NCBI GenBank assembly: GCA_903879765.1
Contig: CAIRMS010000161.1
Coordinates: 1 to 56,757 of the forward strand
Reading direction: 5' to 3'
Source: an uncultured Flavobacteriales bacterium
GTDB lineage: Bacteria > Bacteroidota > Bacteroidia > Flavobacteriales_D > Crocinitomicaceae
Length of the DNA stretch: 56,757 bases
Positions 36,476-45,956 of the stretch are shown here, one piece after another. How positions within the stretch are numbered: position 1 is the first letter of the stretch; each line of letters opens with the position of its first letter. Position numbers and translations under genes: made by a program. Under the pieces are notes generated by a model. The model did no database searches. It was not told where the DNA came from and worked only from the letters and a program-made list of their open reading frames with translations.

Positions 36476-39304
36476 ATGACACCATTTTCTAGAAGACACA
36501 TCGGACCGAGTGAAGCAGAGAAAAAAGCCATGTTGGCTGCTATCGGCATCGACTCGATTTCAACATTGATTGACCGTACCATTCCTGCCCAAATTCGTTT
36601 GGATGGTGAATTGAAAATCGCTGATGCGATGACGGAACAAGAATATTTACAGCATGTTTCAGAATTGGCTGCGAAAAACCAAGTGTTTAAGTCATTTATT
36701 GGTTTAGGATACCATGAAACAATCGTTCCTAGTGTCATTTTAAGAAATGTTTTAGAAAATCCAGGATGGTATACTGCATATACGCCTTACCAAGCGGAGA
36801 TTTCACAAGGACGCCTAGAAGCTTTACTGAATTTCCAAACGATGATTTTGGATTTAACTGGAATGGAAATTGCCAATGCTTCTTTGTTAGATGAGTCGAC
36901 TGCTGCAGCTGAAGCAATGATTATGTTCTATAACTCACGTTCTAGAGCTGAGGTTCAAGCAGGAAAAAATAAATTTTTCGTTTCAGAAGATGCATTACCG
37001 CAAAGCATTGATGTCATGCTTGGACGTGCCATTAATTTAGGCATTGAATTGGTAAAAGGAAACATCGATTCATTTGAAGGTTCTGCAGAATATTTTGGTG
37101 CATTTATCCAAAATCCAAGTGCACATGGACACGTTCGTGATTTGACAGCGAAAATTTCGCAATTGAAAGGACATGGAATTCAAGTGGCAGTAGCTGCAGA
37201 TATTCTTTCGATGGTTCTCTTGAAATCACCAGGAAGTATGGGTGCAGATGTTGTTTTGGGATCTTCTCAACGATTTGGTGTTCCAATGGGTTACGGTGGG
37301 CCTCATGCAGCATTCTTTGCAGCGAAGGAAGAGTACAAACGAAATATTCCAGGAAGAATTATTGGTGTATCGAAAGATGCCGATGACAATTTCGCTTTAC
37401 GAATGGCACTTCAAACAAGAGAGCAACACATAAAACGCGATAAAGCGACGTCGAATATTTGTACAGCGCAAGCATTATTGTCTGTTATGGCAAGTATGTA
37501 TGCTGTTTACCACGGTCCAGATGGAATCCGTGCAATCGCAAATCATGTTCATGATTTAGCAACAAAAACAGCCGCAGGATTAGCAGCAAAAGGAATTACA
37601 TTAGGGACACAGTCCTATTTTGACACACTTTGGATAAAAGATGTTAATTGTTCCGTTATTCGCTCAAAAGCAGAAGCACAAAAATTAAATTTCCGCTACA
37701 TCTCTGACTCAGAATTGAGCATCAGTTTTGGCGAGCCACATACGATGGAAGATGTTCATGCTATTTTAGCATGTTTCGATGCTCATGCATCAGAAGGAAC
37801 ATCTAAACTTTCTTCCGACTTGAAGAGAAGCGATGCTGTTTTAAGTCATCCGGTATTTAACAGTCATCATTCTGAATCTCAAATGATGCGTTATTTGAAA
37901 CGATTGGAGAACAAGGACCTTTCATTGGTTCACAGCATGATTCCATTAGGCTCATGTACCATGAAGTTGAATGCGGCAACAGAATTAATGCCGATTACCA
38001 ATCCGCAATTCGCGAATTTACATCCATTTGCTCCGGTTGAACAAGCTGCAGGATACCATGAAATGTTTAAACAATTGTCTTTAGATTTATCTGAAAGCAC
38101 TGGATTTGCAGGTGTTTCCCTACAGCCAAACTCTGGTGCGCAAGGAGAATACGCAGGATTAATGGTCATCAAAGCATTCCACGAATCGAATGGTGATACA
38201 CAACGTAAAAAAATGATCATCCCATCATCTGCGCATGGAACAAATCCTGCTTCTGCAGTTATGGCTGGATTTGAAGTGGTTGTCACTGGTTGCGATGAAA
38301 ATGGAAACATCGATATTGAGGAATTACGCCGCGTAGCGATTGATTTGAAAGATGTATTAGGCGGGATCATGGTAACGTATCCATCAACACATGGTGTGTA
38401 CGAAGAAGGTATTCGTGAAATCACTTCGATTATCCACGAGAACGGTGGACAAGTTTACATGGACGGTGCGAATATGAATGCACAGGTTGGATTAACAAAT
38501 CCAGGAAATATCGGTGCTGACGTTTGTCACTTGAACTTACACAAAACATTCGCTATTCCACATGGTGGTGGTGGTCCAGGTATGGGTCCAATCGGTGTTG
38601 CGGCTCACTTACTTCCTTTCTTACCTGGAAGTCCGATTGTGAAAACAGGAGGAGAAAAAGCAATCCATGCGATTTCTGCGGCTCCATTCGGAAGTGCGTT
38701 GATTCTATTAATTTCTTACGCTTACATCAAAATGTTAGGTGCAAAAGGACTTCGTGAATCTACCGAAATTGCGATTTTAAATGCGAATTACATTGCTGCA
38801 GGTTTGAAAGGACATTACGATATTCTTTACACAGGACAAAACGGAACAGTAGCGCATGAGATGATCTTAGACTGTCGCGATTTCAAACGTACAGCTGAAG
38901 TAGAAGTAGCCGACATGGCGAAACGATTGATCGATTTCAACTTCCACGCTCCAACGGTATCCTTCCCTGTGGCAGGAACCTTGATGATTGAACCAACAGA
39001 ATCAGAGGATAAAGAAGAATTAGATCGCTTTATCATCGCGATGATTAAAATCCGTGAGGAAATTCGTCAAATCGAAAACGGAGAAGCAGATAAGGTGAAT
39101 AACTTATTGAAAAATGCACCGCATACAGCAGATTGCATTATAAACAAAGAATGGAATTACCCATATACTCCTCAAGAAGCGGCTTATCCAGTGGCTTATT
39201 TGAAAGAGTGGAAATATTGGGTGCCTGTTCGACGTGTTGACAATGCGTTCGGTGACCGAAATTTGGTTTGCTCTTGTCCAAGTATTGAGAGTTATCAATC
39301 ATAG
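36476..39304 (+). CDS. gcvP: glycine dehydrogenase (decarboxylating), glycine cleavage P protein
   Basis: N-terminal FSRRHIGP and the PLP-lysine motif CHLNLHKTFAIPHGGGGPGMGPIGV, about 940 aa. Confidence 0.96.
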   Translation: MTPFSRRHIGPSEAEKKAMLAAIGIDSISTLIDRTIPAQIRLDGELKIADAMTEQEYLQHVSELAAKNQVFKSFIGLGYHETIVPSVILRNVLENPGWYTAYTPYQAEISQGRLEALLNFQTMILDLTGMEIANASLLDESTAAAEAMIMFYNSRSRAEVQAGKNKFFVSEDALPQSIDVMLGRAINLGIELVKGNIDSFEGSAEYFGAFIQNPSAHGHVRDLTAKISQLKGHGIQVAVAADILSMVLLKSPGSMGADVVLGSSQRFGVPMGYGGPHAAFFAAKEEYKRNIPGRIIGVSKDADDNFALRMALQTREQHIKRDKATSNICTAQALLSVMASMYAVYHGPDGIRAIANHVHDLATKTAAGLAAKGITLGTQSYFDTLWIKDVNCSVIRSKAEAQKLNFRYISDSELSISFGEPHTMEDVHAILACFDAHASEGTSKLSSDLKRSDAVLSHPVFNSHHSESQMMRYLKRLENKDLSLVHSMIPLGSCTMKLNAATELMPITNPQFANLHPFAPVEQAAGYHEMFKQLSLDLSESTGFAGVSLQPNSGAQGEYAGLMVIKAFHESNGDTQRKKMIIPSSAHGTNPASAVMAGFEVVVTGCDENGNIDIEELRRVAIDLKDVLGGIMVTYPSTHGVYEEGIREITSIIHENGGQVYMDGANMNAQVGLTNPGNIGADVCHLNLHKTFAIPHGGGGPGMGPIGVAAHLLPFLPGSPIVKTGGEKAIHAISAAPFGSALILLISYAYIKMLGAKGLRESTEIAILNANYIAAGLKGHYDILYTGQNGTVAHEMILDCRDFKRTAEVEVADMAKRLIDFNFHAPTVSFPVAGTLMIEPTESEDKEELDRFIIAMIKIREEIRQIENGEADKVNNLLKNAPHTADCIINKEWNYPYTPQEAAYPVAYLKEWKYWVPVRRVDNAFGDRNLVCSCPSIESYQS

Positions 39305-39311
39305 ATTACTA

Positions 39312-39339
39312 AAAAGTCCCTTTTCCGAGGGGCTTTTTT
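39312..39339 (+). terminator. Rho-independent terminator of gcvP
   Basis: AAAAGTCCC/GGGGCTTTT stem (one G:U pair) followed by T6. Confidence 0.6.
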
Positions 39340-39376
39340 ATTTTTAACGTAGTTTCGTACGTAAATTCAAACGAAG

Positions 39377-40093
39377 ATGAAATTAGATATCTTAGCTTTT
39401 GCCGCCCATCCCGACGATGTAGAATTATCTGCATCAGGTACTTTGTTGCATTACGCTGCACAAGGAAAGAAAATCGGAATCATTGATTTAACTGAGGGTG
39501 AATTGGGGACAAGAGGTTCTGTTGCTGATCGCTATGCTGAATCAGCTGCAGCAGTTGAACTCATGGGATTAACTATTCGCAAGAACTTGAACATGGGCGA
39601 TGGATTCTTCGAAGTAAATGAAGTAAACAAACGCAAAATCGTTGAACAAATTCGCATTCATAAACCGGAAATCGTTTTCGCCAATTGCTTGAGCGACCGA
39701 CATCCAGATCATGGACGAGCAGGAAAATTAGTGTCCGATGCATGCTTTCTAGCTGGTTTGCGGAAAATCGAAACAATGGTCGATGGTATTTCTTTGGCGC
39801 CACATCGTCCGAGATTAGTATTGCATTACATTCAAGATCACTACGCCCATCCTGATATCGTCATGGATGTAACACCATTCATGGAACAAAAAATAGAGGT
39901 TATTAAAGCGTTCCGCTCACAGTTTTTCGATCCAAATTCTATCGAACCAACGACGCCAATTTCTGGCGAAGAATTTTTTCAATTCATCAAAGGAAGAATG
40001 ATGCAATATGGACGTCCTATTGGAGTTGATTACGCCGAAGGATTTACAGTTACGCGCATTCTTGGTACGAAAGATCTTTTTGGATTAGTTTGA
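39377..40093 (+). CDS. bshB1: bacillithiol biosynthesis deacetylase BshB1 (PIG-L family)
   Basis: MKLDILAFAAHPDDVELSASGT, GIIDLTEGELGTRGS and HPDHGRAG motifs. Confidence 0.8.
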   Translation: MKLDILAFAAHPDDVELSASGTLLHYAAQGKKIGIIDLTEGELGTRGSVADRYAESAAAVELMGLTIRKNLNMGDGFFEVNEVNKRKIVEQIRIHKPEIVFANCLSDRHPDHGRAGKLVSDACFLAGLRKIETMVDGISLAPHRPRLVLHYIQDHYAHPDIVMDVTPFMEQKIEVIKAFRSQFFDPNSIEPTTPISGEEFFQFIKGRMMQYGRPIGVDYAEGFTVTRILGTKDLFGLV

Positions 40094-40097
40094 GGCT

Positions 40098-40231
40098 AAT
40101 GTGCTAATGACTTAATGTGCTAGTGTGCTGGTTAGTTAATGTGCTAATGTGTTAGTGTGAGTAAGCTATCGGAGCATGTCAGTAGCAAATTAGATCATTG
40201 GCACATTAGTCCATTAGCACATTAGTCCATT
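40098..40231. repeat. octamer array A1: 8 forward units (40098-40161), 22-nt spacer, 6 inverted units (40184-40231)
   Basis: Parsed in unbroken 8-nt phase. Forward: aatgtgct aatgactt aatgtgct agtgtgct ggttagtt aatgtgct aatgtgtt agtgtgag. Inverted: agcaaatt agatcatt ggcacatt agtccatt agcacatt agtccatt. Confidence 0.9.
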
Positions 40232-40236
40232 ATTCC

Positions 40237-40244
40237 TACATTTG
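40237..40244 (+). promoter_or_regulatory. -7 promoter box (TAnnTTTG)
   Basis: TACATTTG starts 6 nt after the inverted arm of A1 and ends 4 nt before ATG 40249. Confidence 0.35.
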
Positions 40245-40248
40245 TACC

Positions 40249-40662
40249 ATGAAATCGCTGATTCTTATTTTCTTAAGTACGCTTTTGTTTCTAGGGAACG
40301 TTGGGATTCCTGTGTTTACACATGCTTGTGAAGAAGATGGCATTTTCACTTCGTTTTTCATTAAGCTGCAAAATCATTGTCAAGAAGAACAGTCGGATTT
40401 ACCTCCTTGCTGTCAAAAAGAAAAAAAGAAGAATTGCTGTCACGATGAGAAAACTGTGGTGCAATTGGATGAGAAATACGTTCTTACACATGCTTTTTCC
40501 GTTCCATTTTTTCACGTTTCATTTACCGCGAATCAGCCTATTTCATTTGATTCATACATACTTCTTTCAGAAGTTGTTTCCATTCAAACATGGGACGACC
40601 CACCTCCGCTGAGGAAATACGGTAAAGAATTACTGATCCAAAACTGCGTTTTTCGTATTTGA
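40249..40662 (+). CDS. small Cys-rich membrane-anchored protein (HYC_CC_PP-family-like)
   Basis: N-terminal TM/signal segment, then THAC, PPCC, NCCHDE and DDPPP motifs. It sits upstream of a TonB-dependent receptor. The family name is recalled from memory, not searched. Confidence 0.55.
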   Translation: MKSLILIFLSTLLFLGNVGIPVFTHACEEDGIFTSFFIKLQNHCQEEQSDLPPCCQKEKKKNCCHDEKTVVQLDEKYVLTHAFSVPFFHVSFTANQPISFDSYILLSEVVSIQTWDDPPPLRKYGKELLIQNCVFRI

Positions 40663-40737
40663 AATTCCAATCATCCATACTCTAAACGGACTTGAAAAAT
40701 CAAGTGTTCGTTGCGTATTCATGATTTAATTTTAGCT

Positions 40738-42932
40738 ATGAAACATTATTTTTTAGGATTTCTCCTCATCTGGATGACCTCCAAAACCAATGCACAAATC
40801 AAAGGAGTTGTTCTACGACAAGACTCCACAAAAACTAGTCCCATTGAAAATGCAAAGATTCGTCTTTCCCATTCAAATCAAGGGGTATTTTCCAACAAGG
40901 ATGGACGATTTGAAATAGTTCTTCCCAAAGTTTTACCGGACACCCTGATCATCAGTGCAATGGGTTACTTATCAGACTCCATTGTGGTGACAAAAAATGA
41001 TCGCTTCGTCGCGTTCACTATTTTACTCATTCCGGTTTCGACGAAAACAGAAATTGTCTATCAACTTCGTAAAAATTCCCATCAGATCTCCAAAATGAAA
41101 ACATTACATGTGGAAGAAATTGGATCGGGAGAATTGCGAAAAGCTGCTTGTTGTAATTTATCTGAATCTTTTGAAACAAACGCTTCTGTCGATGTCAATA
41201 TTACCGACGCAGTTTCGGGTGCCAAAAAATCCAACTGATGGGTCTCGATGGTGTTTACACCCAAATTCAATTAGAAAACATTCCTTATTTGCGCGGACTC
41301 GAAAGTTCTTTTGGACTTCAGTCTATTCCTGGAACTTGGATTGAGTCAATACAAATCACCAAAGGAACAGGAAATGTCGTAAACGGCTATGAATCGATGG
41401 CGGGACTCGTGAATTTAGAAATGAAAAAACCGAGTGAAATGGAAAAATTCTATTTTAACGCCTACCAAAATCGCTTTGGACGCTCTGAAATGAATATGAA
41501 TGCAGGAACCAAAATCAATCAAAAATGGAGCACCGGAATACTGGGTCACGCTTCCTCTATGTTCGGAAATATCGATCATAACATGGATGGATTTCGGGAC
41601 ATTCCAATGGGCGATAACGTCGCTTTGATGAATCGCTGGTCTTTTCAAGGAAAAAAAATGGAAGCGCAATTTGGCTTCAATGTTTACCAAGATCGCAAAA
41701 CAGGTGGGCAAACCACTTTCTACCGAGATAATCCAAACGGATACGGAGTGGTGATGAATTCGCGCCATGCCGATGTTTATGCGAAAACAGGGTTCTTTAG
41801 TAAAAAGCCAATGCGGTCAATTGGTGTAGTTTACAACCTGAAATACCAAGCAATGAATGGCGCATTTGGTATACGTGATTTTCAAGGAGAAGAAAAACGC
41901 GTCTATGTGAATGCGATTTACGACGATATAATTGCAACAAGTGATCATAAAGTTAAACTTGGTGCGAGTTTCGTTGGTCTACAAATCCGTCAGCGAGTAC
42001 AAAATTTGGATCAACGTCGAACAGAAATCGTCCCGGGGATTTTTGGGGAATATACCTATACGGGTTCTCGATTAATCACAGTATTAGGAGCGCGTTACGA
42101 TCAACACTTCACCTATGGCGGACAATTCTCGCCTCGAATTCATGCGAAATATGCCTTAACCCAGCGAGCAGATCTACGCATTACGGCTGGAAAAGGTTGG
42201 CGTGTACCAAACTACATGATTGACAATATTTCACTTTTAGCGAATTCCAAAACCTGGATTGCTCCATCGGAAATCAAACCGGAAATATCATGGAATGCTG
42301 GAATTTCTTTAGTGAAAGATTTTACCGTTCTCGAAAAAAATGGGAATATCAGCTTGGACTTCTATCATACACTTTTTCAAAATCAGTTGATTGTTGATCG
42401 TGATGCTGCATTGGATGCGATTGTCTTTCAAAATCTTGCAAACTCATCTTACTCAAATAGTTTTCAGTTAGAAATGTCGTATTCACCCACTAAGAACTTC
42501 GAACTTCGATTTGCCTACAAACATTTAGATGTGAAGGCGTTGTACGATGGTGTAATGCGTCAACAAGTGATGATTCCGAAGAACCGTGGATTCGTTAATC
42601 TCGCCTACCGAACGCGAAATAAACGCTGGGAATTCGATGCTACATGTACGATTTACGGCTCGGGACGTTTACCTGTCATTCTTCAAGCGTCGGGTCTAGA
42701 ACAGCATGATGAACAAAGTTCAGTGTATCCTATGGTCAACTCACAAATTACGCATATTTACAAAAAATGGAATTTTTACCTTGGTGGCGAAAATTTAGCG
42801 AACTTTAGACAATTGAATCCGATTATTGATGCCCAGAATCCTTTTGGAAGTTCCTTCGATGCAAATAGAGTTTGGGGTCCGATAATGGGTTGGAATGTTT
42901 ATGCGGGACTTAGGTATGCGATGAAGGGTTAA
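40738..42932 (+). pseudogene. TonB-dependent receptor (CarboxypepD_reg, plug, barrel) interrupted by a 1-nt frameshift
   Basis: ORF 40711..41238 ends ...TDAVSGAKKSN* and ORF 41238..42932 starts in the plug (MGLDGVYTQIQLENIPYL...). One extra A in the A6 run 41224-41229 would fuse them as ...GAKKIQLMGLDG... ATG 40738 gives a signal peptide. Confidence 0.8.
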
Positions 42933-43079
42933 TGCCCTAGTGTGCTAGTTTGCTAATGTGCTAATTGATTAATGTGCTAATGGACTAATGTGCTAATGTG
43001 CTAATTAATCAATGTGCTAATTTGCCGATGGACTAATGTGCTAGTTACTTAATGTGCTAGTTTAATGTGCTCATGTGGA
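42931..43079. repeat. octamer array A2: 16 forward units in phase (42931-43058), a 5-nt slip, then 2 more units
   Basis: aatgccct agtgtgct agtttgct aatgtgct aattgatt aatgtgct aatggact aatgtgct aatgtgct aattaatc aatgtgct aatttgcc gatggact aatgtgct agttactt aatgtgct. There is no inverted arm. Confidence 0.9.
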
Positions 43080-43118
43080 GGAGAGATAGTGAGAAATGAA
43101 TACTTTTTAAATTTATAT

Positions 43119-43454
43119 ATGATGAAAACAATAACCTTAAGTCTATTCTTTGTGCTATTCAGCGCGCTAAGTTTTGGGCAAAAATCAATGACGAGTCAAA
43201 TTCAGACGAATGCGCAATGTGGTGATTGTAAGGAACGAATCGAAGGGAAATTAAACTATATAAAAGGAATCAAATTTGCAGAACTCGATGACCAGACGAA
43301 AATTGTTACTGTTAAATACGACCCGAGTAAAATTGAACTTCTGACGATCAAGCAAACAATTGCGAAAATTGGTTATGATGCCGATGAGGTGAAAGCGGCT
43401 AAAGAAGACGTGGAGAAATTACCGAAGTGTTGTCAGCCGAATGGACATGAATAA
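43119..43454 (+). CDS. secreted heavy-metal-associated (HMA) domain protein
   Basis: ATG 43119 gives a signal peptide (MMKTITLSLFFVLFSALSFGQ). Has the CGDC metal-binding motif, a ferredoxin-like HMA pattern and a C-terminal CC pair. The track N-terminus reads out of array A2. Confidence 0.8.
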   Translation: MMKTITLSLFFVLFSALSFGQKSMTSQIQTNAQCGDCKERIEGKLNYIKGIKFAELDDQTKIVTVKYDPSKIELLTIKQTIAKIGYDADEVKAAKEDVEKLPKCCQPNGHE

Positions 43455-43564
43455 TGTGCTAATGTGTTAGTTAACTAATGTGCTAATTAACTAATGTGCT
43501 AATGTGCTAATTAACTCATGTGCTAATTAACTTATGGGTTGATGTGCTATTAGACGGGTGTGCT
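43453..43564. repeat. octamer array A3: 14 forward units in phase
   Basis: aatgtgct aatgtgtt agttaact aatgtgct aattaact aatgtgct aatgtgct aattaact catgtgct aattaact tatgggtt gatgtgct attagacg ggtgtgct. It lies between convergent genes. Confidence 0.9.
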
Positions 43565-43589
43565 TCAGCGGAATAAAGAGATATGAGCT

Positions 43590-45425
43590 TTAATCTACGA
43601 TCGTGATGCGTTTCCGTTGTGATCCAATTAAAACGTAGTACATTCCTGGTTGGATTCCTTCTAGATTGATCTGTGTCGAGAAGGTTCCGGAACGTAATTC
43701 TGATCCATTCAAATCGTATAATCGGAAGATTCCAGGAGAAATTCCACTGATGTTCAAGGACTGATTTTCGTTAAGAGGATTTGGATAAACTAAAAACGTT
43801 TCTTCGTATTCGTTCAGCCCTGAATCTACAATGGTCAAATCTATGGTAACTGTGCTATCACAACCATAAATACTCGTGAAAAATTGAGTGTGTAACGCCG
43901 ACGTTGTGTATTCCTGTCCATTCCATGTAAATACATCAAAAACAGTTGAGTCAATTAGCGTACTTGTTATTGGATGAATGGTTAAATTCAAAGCAACAGT
44001 AGAATCGCATCCAGAAATACTTTGTAAGGAATCAATGTATACACCACTTTGCCAAAATGATTGACCATTCCAGCTAAAACTACCACAAGCACTTTCGGTC
44101 ACATTAGTGGTGTATGCTTGGACTACCGTTAAATTTAGTGATACGATAGAATCACATCCAGACATACTTTGCAAGGTATCAATGTAAACACCACTTTGTG
44201 AAAACGATTGTCCATTCCAAACAAAATTTCCACAAGCGCTTTCGTTTACATTGATATTGTAGGCTTGAACAATAGTTAAATTCAAGACAACCGTCGAATC
44301 ACATCCCCAGACAGTTGTTCCCTGAAAAGGATATGTTCCACTTTGAGTGTACGTTTGTCCGTTGAAGCTATAGGAATTACAAGAAGAAACATTCAGTGTA
44401 TTTGCATAGGCTAAATGCTGATTGATACTTAACACCACCGCTGGACTTTGTCCGCAGGTATTTTGTGCAAGAACGCTCACTGTACCACTCACAAAACTTG
44501 GGCTAAACAATAAATTGAGTGTTGTTCCGATGCTGCTTCCCGTTGCACCATTGGGGGTTGTCCATACATAGGAAGTTGCACCACTTACGGGCGTAATCGT
44601 ATACGATTCTGATCCATCATAGCAAAAGTGTGCCGCACCTGTAATTCCCGTTGGGGAAGATGGTGCTGTATTTATGACAACAGTTACTGCTAATCGATTA
44701 GTGGATTCTACACCGCTCACTGTTTGAGATGCATAATATGTTGTTCCATTGTTCAGAACCGAAGTTCCATTTAAAGGCGTTCCACCTGTAGCACTTGCAT
44801 ACCATTGAATAGACGTTCCTGTTGCCGATAATTGGGAAAGCACAGCGCCAGTACAAAAGGTTTGTGTAGAAGATCCTGTTGGTGCCGCTGGTGTAGGTGG
44901 TGGCGGGACCAAAGTGAAATTCGCAGTGGTAATTCCACGATTAGAAGATCCGTGGTAACTATAACTAAAACCATTACTTCCTGCTCTCGCCCAAATTAGG
45001 CCTAGTGAACCTGTGGAAGCGGTAAAAATATGGTCGTTCGCATCTCCTGTATTTAAAGCTCTTGTAGCAATAACCGTTCGAACACCTGATGCAACTGCGT
45101 CACTAACAATGGTCCAGTTTTGCTGTGGATCTGCAGTTGGAGCGGAATATCCTCCTATACTTGCATCAAAGGAGTTCAATGTTCCAGAGGTGTGAACCCC
45201 AACAACATCCTCTCCATTACCCATACTCGTTGCATTAAAACCAAGTGCAAACCATCTCGCAGAAGGTCCTGTTAGGGTTAGTGTCACTTGAGTACCGACA
45301 TCGATTTTTGCCGTCATAGCTAATCCTGCGGTAGAACTCAAACTAACAACACCTGTTGTATATGTTTGGGCTTTAACAATGGTCGCCGCAAATAAAAGAA
45401 TCAGAAATAATAGGTTATTTTTCAT
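43590..45425 (-). CDS. T9SS-secreted surface protein (N-terminal DOMON-like domain, Ig-like region, 4 tandem Cys-containing repeats, T9SS C-terminal sorting domain)
   Basis: Signal peptide, then four copies of the C..(Y/F).WNGQ.(Y/F)..SG.Y....S..GCDS.V.LNLT(I/V) repeat. C-terminal LVYPNPLNE...GMYYVLIGSQRKRITIVD sorting domain. Confidence 0.8.
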   Translation of the reverse strand: MKNNLLFLILLFAATIVKAQTYTTGVVSLSSTAGLAMTAKIDVGTQVTLTLTGPSARWFALGFNATSMGNGEDVVGVHTSGTLNSFDASIGGYSAPTADPQQNWTIVSDAVASGVRTVIATRALNTGDANDHIFTASTGSLGLIWARAGSNGFSYSYHGSSNRGITTANFTLVPPPPTPAAPTGSSTQTFCTGAVLSQLSATGTSIQWYASATGGTPLNGTSVLNNGTTYYASQTVSGVESTNRLAVTVVINTAPSSPTGITGAAHFCYDGSESYTITPVSGATSYVWTTPNGATGSSIGTTLNLLFSPSFVSGTVSVLAQNTCGQSPAVVLSINQHLAYANTLNVSSCNSYSFNGQTYTQSGTYPFQGTTVWGCDSTVVLNLTIVQAYNINVNESACGNFVWNGQSFSQSGVYIDTLQSMSGCDSIVSLNLTVVQAYTTNVTESACGSFSWNGQSFWQSGVYIDSLQSISGCDSTVALNLTIHPITSTLIDSTVFDVFTWNGQEYTTSALHTQFFTSIYGCDSTVTIDLTIVDSGLNEYEETFLVYPNPLNENQSLNISGISPGIFRLYDLNGSELRSGTFSTQINLEGIQPGMYYVLIGSQRKRITIVD

Positions 45426-45939
45426 CGGATTTAAATATTTTGTTAAGCTTTTCGTCGTTATATAAAATCAAAAGTTCCTTGATGGATTTTCCATTTTGAT
45501 CAAGAATTTTCATGTTTGGATTTCCCATTAACATTCTTTCTACCAACTCATACCTTCTTAGACTCATAGCAAAATGTAACGGTGTTCCAAATTGAGAAAA
45601 TTGACAAGTATCGTTCAAAGAAACACCCTTTTGAAGTAAAAGTTCGAAAATCTCAAGGTTATTTTTATAAATCACTCCATAAACTGCAGAACCTTCTGTA
45701 AAACATGTTTTAATATCTGCGCCACGTTCCACTAAAAGTTTAGCCACCTCGTTATTTCCGCGGTAAGCAGCTAGTAAAAATGGAGATAATCCTTGCTCAG
45801 AAAGTTGATTGACCTGATTAGGTTGTTCATCCAAAAGCTTTTTCATCGCGACAACATCTCCTGTACGTGCTATTTCGTGAATTGATTGCCCGTAAGATAC
45901 AACGCTGAGGAATAGAGAAATGAATAGTAACTTAATCAT
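45415..45939 (-). CDS. secreted ankyrin-repeat protein
   Basis: Signal peptide (LSVVSYGQ) and ANK consensus (SPFLLAAYRGNNEVAKLLVERGADI, TPLHFAM). 11-nt overlap with the downstream T9SS gene. Confidence 0.85.
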   Translation of the reverse strand: MIKLLFISLFLSVVSYGQSIHEIARTGDVVAMKKLLDEQPNQVNQLSEQGLSPFLLAAYRGNNEVAKLLVERGADIKTCFTEGSAVYGVIYKNNLEIFELLLQKGVSLNDTCQFSQFGTPLHFAMSLRRYELVERMLMGNPNMKILDQNGKSIKELLILYNDEKLNKIFKSDEK

Positions 45940-45956
45940 TGTGTAAAAATAAGGAT

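Noticed and set aside
41224-41238. A programmed -1 ribosomal frameshift in the TonB-dependent receptor.
   Set aside because: The context GCC AAA AAA TCC is not a good X XXY YYZ heptamer in the zero frame. No downstream stimulatory hairpin or pseudoknot is evident. A homopolymer indel (sequencing error, pseudogene or phase variation) is the simpler reading, so it is kept as a finding under that interpretation only.
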